Virus genome (UHGV): UHGV-1351279
Length of the DNA: 64,000 bases
From: a virus
Direction: 5' to 3' (one strand)
Shown here: positions 48,197-56,600 of the stretch, piece by piece
Layout: the number at the start of each line of letters is the position of its first letter
How positions within the stretch are numbered: position 1 is the first letter of the stretch
The notes under the pieces: generated by a model
What the model was told of the DNA's origin: nothing
The model's database searches: none
The model's input: the letters and a program-made list of their open reading frames with translations, nothing else
Program-made: the position numbers and the translations under genes

Positions 48197-51100
48197 TGAG
48201 TACTTGTAAAGTAGAATTTAAAGGTTTTAATATTGATTCAAGTAGTTTAGATAACTACTTGAATCAATTTACCATTGATGGTAAACAAAAGATAGATGGG
48301 GCTAAAAACACCATAAGCTATTTATTAAGTAATGCAAAAGACAATAAGTTAGGAGTACTTAAACTTGCTCTTAACTCTAATAAAGCATACATTAAAGATT
48401 TAGCTAATATGATGCTTAATACTAATAGAAAATTCTATGCTGAGGTAGAGATAAACAACAACCTTAAAGGGTTTTCTAAGTATAATGCTAATGACAATAA
48501 AATCTATATCAATGTAGATGCTATATCACAGAGGTTTTCTGAAAGTGCAGAGGAATATTTGTATGAAAGAATAGTTCATGACTTTATACAAGGATTTGCA
48601 AATAGAGAGCTAAAAAAAGCATATGAAGATGCTAATAGAGACTCTCCTTATATGAAGAATATAATCAACTTGTTTAAAGAATATTCAAAGAGTGTAGACC
48701 TTAAGGAATATAATGTATTCAAGGATAGTGTAAATAAAGAACCTTTGTTGGACCCAAGAAGTGAAAGAAGTCTTATAAGAGAGGGTTATGCTGAAGAGAC
48801 TTACAGAGCTATTACTAATCCTGCTGAGTTCTTATCTTATGGTTTGTCTAATAGTGAGTTTAGAAATACACTGAGAAAGCAAAACTTATGGCAAAAGTTT
48901 GTTTCTTTGTTAAAAGACCTTTTAGGTATATCTCAAGATAATAATGACTTAGAGTACCTTTATAAAAACTTAGATAGTTATTTAAAACAAGATGACCCTT
49001 ATACATTACATAGTGGAGGTGCAATTGGAGCTGATACTGTTTGGGGCCAGATAGGTAAACAATTTGGTATATCAGAAGAAAATCAAAGACATTATAAAAC
49101 TGCTGATATGCCTAATGGTAATACTCAAATAACTGAGCAAGATTATAGAGAAGGTAGAAAAGAAGCAGCTAAAGCAGCTAATAGAATGTTTGGTTATGAC
49201 AAAACTGAAGTAAACATGGGTTTGCTTATAAGAAATTGGTCTCAAGTAAAATATTCTGAAGCTGTATATGCTGTTGGAAGATTAGTTCCAGCTGGAGAGA
49301 ATGCTTTTCCTGATAATAAAAAAGAAGATACAAGAATTGCAAAAAACCCTACTGTAACAGGAGGTACAGGTTATGCTGTAAATATGGCTATTCTTAATAA
49401 TAAACCTGTGTATGTATATAATCAGTATGACAATCCAACTTACCCAAAAGGTTGGTATAAATATGATTCTAATATAAATGATTATGTACCTACAGAGACA
49501 CCTACACTTACAAGACACTTTGCTGGTATAGGTACAAGAAATATCAATGAAGATGGTGAAAAAGCTATTCAAGATACTTATGAAAAAACTTTCAATAAAA
49601 AACAACAAACAGGTTCTCAGAGTAGTACAGATAGTAATATAAAAGTAGAACAACAAAATAGATATTCTGTACAAGATGTGAGAAATAATCCTGACAAAAT
49701 ATTTGTATTTGGTGATAACTCCATAAGACAAGGTACAGGAGGTCAAGCTCAAATAAGAAATGAGCCTAATGCAGTTGGTATAATGACTAAAAAGTTTCCA
49801 AGAAATACACCTGATGCCTTTTTATATGATAGTGAATATGCAGAAAATATTAAGAGAATAAATGAAGATATAGAGAACTTAAAGCAAAAAGTAAAAGGTA
49901 AAACTGTAGTTTTTCCTACAGATGGTATTGGTACTAATTTAGCTGATATAGCTCATACAGCACCAAGAACTATGGAGTATCTTATAAATAGATTAAGAGA
50001 AGAGTTTGGACTAAAAGATTCAGACCCTTTTATAAAATCTATGCTTAATAAACTAAATGAAGCAAGAAATGGTTTTGGACAAAAAATGCTTATAGATGGA
50101 GAAATTTATTCATATAATGTAGATAAATTAAAAGCTTATAAACACACATTTGTTGGTTCAGGTATAAATGCTAAACAAAATGCTACTGAAGTTACTGACC
50201 CTAATTTAATAAAAAAAATATCTGATAAGTATTTTGAAACAGATAATAATAATAATAATGAAAGTAATACATCCGATAAAGTAGATGATATATTAAATGA
50301 GTTTGAGTTTTTAAAAACAAATGACCCAGAGCAAAGTAAAGAAGTTGAGATATTAGAACCTTTTGGAGTGTTTCCAAAAAATACAGGTTTCCTAATTGTA
50401 CATACTCCAAGCGCAAAAGGTAATACTGTTGTTAGAATAAAAACAAAAGATGGTAAATACTATCAGTATGAAATAGTTAAAGTTGGTGCTGGTGAATCAG
50501 TTTCTGTTTTTAAGTTTGACAAAGAGGGTGATAGATATGTAAAAAAATCTTTAGAATTAAATGAAAAAAACTCTTTCATTAAAAGCTTTGTAATAAAATT
50601 TGTTGGAATAAGTAATGAGCAAGCAAACAGAGAGGATATAAAAAGTATCTTTACAAAAGCTTTAGCATTTTTGACTAATAAATCTAAGAATAAAGAAGGG
50701 TATAGAGAGCTACTCAATAATGAGTTTGTAAAGAGTGACTTGCTACACATACATAATGTAAATTTACAAGACACAATAGCACAAATTAATTCATTAAAAG
50801 CTGATGATAAAGTTGAAGTTGATAGGATTAATTATCTTTTAGATTATCTTACAAATGATTTAAATAACAACGATAAAATATGGTATTTTGGTAGGTATGC
50901 TGAAAATGATTTATTTGGTCTTTTAGTTAATGAAGAAAAACTTACAAAACTTTCATCAGAAGATGCACTCTTAAAGTATGAAGAACTTAAACAGCTATTA
51001 TCAAGAAAATTTAAAGAGCTTGTATATGATTACAATGGTGATGTAAAAAAATGGCTATTTTCTTTATTAGATGAAAAAGAATTAGATGGTGATTTACTGA

Positions 51101-53592
51101 ACAAGTTAAGAGAGTTGAGAGGTGATGAAGAAACAATAACTCCTACACAACCTACACCTCCTCCAGCACCAAAAGAACGTTATGGAGAAGAATTTCAAGT
51201 AGACCAATTTGTATTTTCTTATAATCCTGAGACAGGTAAGTACTATCAGCATTTTAAATCTAAAAAAGGAGAAGTAAAAGAACTTACTAATGAAAAGCAA
51301 CAAAACAAAACTTTTTTAAAGTACATAGAAAAACACCCTGAGCATGCTGAAATAGTAACTTATGAAAATACAGGTAATAAATATGTTTATGATAAGAAAA
51401 GAGATAAAGTAATATCTTTATCTACAGCAGACACCATAGTTCAACCTGATATTGTTGATAAAGTAAAAAACCATGAAAAATACGCAAGGGAAGAAAAGAT
51501 AGAAGGTTTAAAGAAATACATAAAACAATATTTAAAAGATTTCAAGGATATGTCTTTTGCAAGACTTTATCAATTATTGATTAATCAAGGTACTATAACT
51601 CATGAAGATGCACATGATTTTTCTGAAGCTTTTAATCAAGCTCAACAAGAAATAAATGAAGAAAAAAATACAAGAGTCTATAAATTAAAAAGCCAACTCC
51701 CCAGTGATGTATTAGAGTATTTAAAAAATACAATAAGTGAGTACTATGATAAAAATGATAGCAAAGATGTAAACACTATCTACAGAGATTTTATGAAATC
51801 CCGTGAAGGTAAGAATGGAGGTTTTATATTTGATGTACATGGTTTGGGTAGTTTTAATATACATAATGATATATTTACAGAGCTTTTTAAAGAAATAAAA
51901 AAAGAAAAAGAGCTTGAAAAAGAAGCTAAAAAACCCCCTCAATATGAACACTCATTTTCTTACAAAGGTATAACAATACCTACTAAATTTCAATTATCAG
52001 AAGAGCAAGAACAGGCTCTTATAACTCTTATAGAAAATATTACAAGTGGAGATACAGAACCTATAACTTTAAGTGGCTATGCTGGTACTGGCAAAACTTC
52101 TGTGATAGGATATTTGGAAGATTATTTAAAAAGGAAAAGAGGTTATAAATTTCTTTATGGCGCACCTACACATGCTGCTACACTATATTTAGGTTATAAC
52201 ACTAAGAAAATGCCTTTTACAATTGCTTCTTCTGTTGTAAAAAGAATAGATGATTTTGGTAATGTAACTTACACAACATCTTCAAAAGTTGACCAAGCAT
52301 TATCAGACTACGACCAGAATATCTTTGTAGTAGATGAAGTTTCTCTAATGGATTCAACCACTATGGATAATTTCCTTTCTGTAATGGATAGAAAAGGTGT
52401 AAAAGTTATATTCATGGGGGATAAAATGCAATTACCTGAAGTAGCATCTAAAGGAAAAATAAACCCTGAAACAAAAAATTCTATAAAAGATGTTTCTAAG
52501 GCTTTTACTGATTTTAAATTAATACAATTATCTCAAGTACAAAGAACAAAAGATAACTCAATTTTGAGGGTTCTAACAGAGATTAGGAATAATCCTGATG
52601 GTGTATTACCTGTTGTAGATAATACAGAGACTCTACAGTTTTTTAATAAAGATGATAACACTAAAGGTTTTTACAAAGGGTTTAGAACAGCTTATGAAGC
52701 AGACCCTGAAGAAGCTATTTATATTACTTATACCAATGAAGATGTAAAGAACTTCAATAAATCTTTTAGAAAAGCTTTTTATGGTGAAGATGTAGATGGC
52801 TTAGTTGAAGGTGAATCTGTAATAGGATACTCTGGTTACAACAATAAAAAGATTAAGTCAAATGACTTAGCAAACAGTATAAAATACACTGTAGATGATA
52901 TTAGTTATGATGGTTCTGAAGTAAAAATAACATTAAAATCTAATGCTATACAAAAATTAGCTGATTTGCATTCACCAAATAGAGAGAATGATAAAACTGT
53001 ACAAACTACTTATTTACAGATGTCCAGAACAGACTCTTTAGATATGAAAAATCTTACAGATAAAGATTTTTTAAAGAATAATAGTAAACTATCTGAAATA
53101 TTTAGAGATGTCTATGATTTGAAGAAGATGGCTTTAGGAACAAACAGATGGAAAGATTTTAGTGAGACACTTGCTAAGATTACAGGGGGACTTGCTAAAT
53201 TAGAGATTGGAGATGATTATTTCTACAATCCATATACAAATATGATGGAAAAAGAAAGCTCTGTAAATTGGTCTAATCCTCAAATGGCTAATCTAAAAAA
53301 GAATTATAAAGAGCTTTTTATGAGTAAGAGTATTGACTATGGTTATGGTATAACTATACATAAAGCACAAGGAGCTACTTATAAGAATGTATTCTTTAAT
53401 TCTACATCAACGGAATTTGCTAAAACAGAAATCCATGAAAATGGAATGCAAATAAGTACAGAAGGTAACTCTCTTAACTATGTAGCTATGTCAAGAGCAA
53501 GTGAGAAACTTTTTGTTCTTCACTCTAATAATATAAAAAGATTAAACAATGATGACTCTATAGAGTTGTCAAAAAATTGCAGTGTATTCTAA
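48196..53592 (+). CDS. ~1799-aa protein with N-terminal DprA/LOG-like (SLOG) Rossmann motifs and a C-terminal Dda/RecD-like SF1B helicase domain
   Basis: HSGGAIGADT (about nt 49009-49038) and TGGTGYAV (about nt 49353-49380). A second Rossmann-like FVFGDNSIRQGTGGQAQ segment (about nt 49700-49745). Helicase Walker A LSGYAGTGKTS, Walker B VVDEVSLMD and motif V/VI ITIHKAQGATY (about nt 51930-53592). The ORF-track start 48190 is TTG. ATG 48196 overlaps the upstream stop as TAATG. Confidence 0.55.
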   Translation: MSTCKVEFKGFNIDSSSLDNYLNQFTIDGKQKIDGAKNTISYLLSNAKDNKLGVLKLALNSNKAYIKDLANMMLNTNRKFYAEVEINNNLKGFSKYNANDNKIYINVDAISQRFSESAEEYLYERIVHDFIQGFANRELKKAYEDANRDSPYMKNIINLFKEYSKSVDLKEYNVFKDSVNKEPLLDPRSERSLIREGYAEETYRAITNPAEFLSYGLSNSEFRNTLRKQNLWQKFVSLLKDLLGISQDNNDLEYLYKNLDSYLKQDDPYTLHSGGAIGADTVWGQIGKQFGISEENQRHYKTADMPNGNTQITEQDYREGRKEAAKAANRMFGYDKTEVNMGLLIRNWSQVKYSEAVYAVGRLVPAGENAFPDNKKEDTRIAKNPTVTGGTGYAVNMAILNNKPVYVYNQYDNPTYPKGWYKYDSNINDYVPTETPTLTRHFAGIGTRNINEDGEKAIQDTYEKTFNKKQQTGSQSSTDSNIKVEQQNRYSVQDVRNNPDKIFVFGDNSIRQGTGGQAQIRNEPNAVGIMTKKFPRNTPDAFLYDSEYAENIKRINEDIENLKQKVKGKTVVFPTDGIGTNLADIAHTAPRTMEYLINRLREEFGLKDSDPFIKSMLNKLNEARNGFGQKMLIDGEIYSYNVDKLKAYKHTFVGSGINAKQNATEVTDPNLIKKISDKYFETDNNNNNESNTSDKVDDILNEFEFLKTNDPEQSKEVEILEPFGVFPKNTGFLIVHTPSAKGNTVVRIKTKDGKYYQYEIVKVGAGESVSVFKFDKEGDRYVKKSLELNEKNSFIKSFVIKFVGISNEQANREDIKSIFTKALAFLTNKSKNKEGYRELLNNEFVKSDLLHIHNVNLQDTIAQINSLKADDKVEVDRINYLLDYLTNDLNNNDKIWYFGRYAENDLFGLLVNEEKLTKLSSEDALLKYEELKQLLSRKFKELVYDYNGDVKKWLFSLLDEKELDGDLLNKLRELRGDEETITPTQPTPPPAPKERYGEEFQVDQFVFSYNPETGKYYQHFKSKKGEVKELTNEKQQNKTFLKYIEKHPEHAEIVTYENTGNKYVYDKKRDKVISLSTADTIVQPDIVDKVKNHEKYAREEKIEGLKKYIKQYLKDFKDMSFARLYQLLINQGTITHEDAHDFSEAFNQAQQEINEEKNTRVYKLKSQLPSDVLEYLKNTISEYYDKNDSKDVNTIYRDFMKSREGKNGGFIFDVHGLGSFNIHNDIFTELFKEIKKEKELEKEAKKPPQYEHSFSYKGITIPTKFQLSEEQEQALITLIENITSGDTEPITLSGYAGTGKTSVIGYLEDYLKRKRGYKFLYGAPTHAATLYLGYNTKKMPFTIASSVVKRIDDFGNVTYTTSSKVDQALSDYDQNIFVVDEVSLMDSTTMDNFLSVMDRKGVKVIFMGDKMQLPEVASKGKINPETKNSIKDVSKAFTDFKLIQLSQVQRTKDNSILRVLTEIRNNPDGVLPVVDNTETLQFFNKDDNTKGFYKGFRTAYEADPEEAIYITYTNEDVKNFNKSFRKAFYGEDVDGLVEGESVIGYSGYNNKKIKSNDLANSIKYTVDDISYDGSEVKITLKSNAIQKLADLHSPNRENDKTVQTTYLQMSRTDSLDMKNLTDKDFLKNNSKLSEIFRDVYDLKKMALGTNRWKDFSETLAKITGGLAKLEIGDDYFYNPYTNMMEKESSVNWSNPQMANLKKNYKELFMSKSIDYGYGITIHKAQGATYKNVFFNSTSTEFAKTEIHENGMQISTEGNSLNYVAMSRASEKLFVLHSNNIKRLNNDDSIELSKNCSVF

Positions 53593-53603
53593 AATAAAAT
53601 AAT

Positions 53604-56600
53604 ATGTCTTGTAAAAATACAGTCTTAAACAGTAATAGTAGAAATGTAGTGATGAAAGGTCTTTATGAAAAAGACCTTATCACTGCCTATAAGAATGTTG
53701 GTAATACAACAATAATACAAGTATCTAACATTAAGGATTTCAATAAAAGGAATCAACTTTTAATAGATAAAATACAGGAATTACAACCTCAATTTTTATC
53801 TTCTTTTGGAAGTATGTATAACACCACTCCAACAGAATTATTCTTTGATAAAGTAAATGGTAGTCAAGAACAATTTGCTATAAAGAATTATATGTTTGAA
53901 AGGCTATCTAACTTTAAAATGGTAGATTTTAATAAGCTACAAGAAACTTTAGATAGCTTAGGTAAAATAGCTGTACAAGTATCAAATGGTAATATAGAAA
54001 TTAGAAACCATAAAATACACGGTTTTACTAAAGAAGAAGTAGATGCTATAGTAAAAAAGTATAATACACTTTCTTCTGAAAAACAACAATACATAAAAGA
54101 TGAAATTAGAAATAGTAGAAATATTGTAGATAAAGTAGCTTCAAAACTTTATGATGCTTATGAAGATAGACTTAACCTAATTACTGATATTGATTCAAAT
54201 TCAATGAGAATAGGTAATAAAAACTCTAATAATATTATTAAAGTAAAATCTAAGGAAGTTGAATCTAATAGAGAGCTTCAAGAAATAAAAGATGAAGTAG
54301 CTAATAATAAAGCTAAGGAACTTACAAGAAAAAACACTGAGGATAGCAATAAAAGGAGTAATGATTATAATACTGATGGTGATATATTGCCTTCAAATGA
54401 TAATTGGGACTCAAACTCTGACCCTAATATTACACCTCCTGTAACAGATAATTATACAGAATATACAAATTACTTAGATGCACTACTAAAAAGTGTACAG
54501 AAAAAGAAAGGTGAGTTAATAAAAGAACTCAAAAATCCAAAAAACAAGAATAAAACTAAGACTATTGATGACCTAAATAAGCTAATAACTGAAGAGGGTA
54601 AATTACAAGAGTACTATAATAATGCTATATCTGGTGAAAATGAGAAAAATGTAGAGACATTATTTAATGAATTAGATGATTTGTCTCATAAACTTGATGT
54701 AATAGATAGTGGTAGCATAAAGAATCTTGGAGATAGGGTTGATTTCCTTTTTGGATTTATTACAGGTACAAAATATGGAAGCAATGAAAATGTTGATTAT
54801 GCAATAAGTGAGAATCCTGAACTTAGGTCTAAGGTACTTTCTCTAATGCATAAATATAATAGTAAGCTCAATGAAATATCTAATAAAATCATTGAAGAAG
54901 ATGTTACTTATCAACATAATGTACTTAATAATATTGCATTTAAAAGAGCTGATGGTAAAATAGACAAAGATAAGGTAAATGATTTATTTAAAGTAAAAGA
55001 TGATATAAACTTTTTTGAGAAAGCCCTTTTAGGGGTATCTCAAGCAAGTACTAAAGAATCTATTACTCCTCAAATATTAAAGTCATACCTTGAAAAAAAT
55101 ATGTCTCATAGGACATCTGAAGCTATTGCTTATAAGGATAGATTATTAGCTGCTATTGAGAAATTAGAAGCAAAAGGTATTACTGATTTTAGCTTTATAT
55201 TTGAGAAATTTTTATCAGGAGCAAGAACAGGTAATATCATTAGTAAATATACTTCTGAGTATAGGAGAAAGCTTTATAAATACTTTAATATGGAAGTTGA
55301 GGGTAATGACTATGCTTCTTATTATAGTAAGAAAATACAATGGCTAAAGGCTAATGCTGATGTTATAGACTTTAGAAAAATAAAGGCTTTTAAAGACCTT
55401 TATGGTAAGAACTATCCTAATGAATTTATCTTCTCTGACCAGGAAATGGAAGAATATGAAAATAATCTTAGAAAACAACTTGGTAAAGTGTATGATAAAG
55501 AGATAGACAAAGTAAATAGTTGGATAGAAAATTATGAGCTTACTAAGCAAAATTATGAATCTAAATATGAAGCAGAGAGAAATAACCCTTTTGTATTTCT
55601 AAGGTCTTATTTTGGAGATTCTCCAACTACAGCAGCTGCATTTAATGGTACAGGAGGTATATCAAGTATATTTCCTAACCTTAATGATATTGTATTTGTA
55701 CCAAGAAAAACCTTTACTGAGGGCTATGACTTTAATGGAGAAGAAATAACCTCTGATACAGGCTATTATAATAAAGACTTTGATAGAATTGAACAGTCTG
55801 ATGAAATGTTTGAGTATTGGTCTGTATTAGAAGATATATATTCTCAATACATAAATCCTACCTATGACATATCAGGAATGAGCTTTGCTAAGATACAAAA
55901 GGAGTTTCTCGAAAAAGTAAGTGATGCAAAAGGTGCTTCTAAAGCAGGTACTCTAATATCTAAAGGTATACAAGCTTATAGAGAGTATTTCTATGAAGTA
56001 GGTGTAGGTAATAAGAAAGATAAAGGTATTGTAGAGAACTATTCTGATAAGACAAAACAAGAAATAAAGGCTCTATCATCAGCTCTAAAAGCTAAATCTG
56101 TTGATGAGCTTAAATCTATGGCAAAAGATTTAGGTCTTACTATACCTAATAACATAACACCAGAGCAATTAGTTCATGAGATTGCAAGTGAAATGACTTT
56201 AAGGAATTATTCTTCTGATATTAATAAGATAACAGGGGCTTTAATTGATATGGTAGCTTTACAAAAAGCCAGAGAAGATACTTTACCTATAGCTAATATC
56301 TTACTTGAGAAACATAAGAAAACTGTAGGAGAAAGTGAAAGGGAGAGAAAAAATAGTATTGAGAAATTAGAACACTATATCAATAAAGTAATTAAGAATG
56401 AGCATGAGCATGCAAGAGGTACAGAACAACTAATAGGTAAAGAGATTAAAACACCTGGTTGGATAGAGATGTTACTTGATAAATTAGGTGTTATAGGTTG
56501 GCTTAAAAATAAAGTAGAAAAGAATAGGTTCTTTTACCTTTATAGTGATTCAGAAAGACAATTATTAAAAGAACTCCAGAGTGCAAGAGAAAGAGGTCAT

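Noticed and set aside
49282-49752. 156-aa minus-strand ORF, and other minus-strand ORFs inside the giant genes (for example 57086-57439, 57842-58267, 50463-50774)
   Set aside because: They lie antisense inside long, motif-supported + strand genes. They are low-complexity and Cys/Ile/Phe-rich, as expected from the antisense of AT-rich coding DNA. No independent start context or conservation argues for them.
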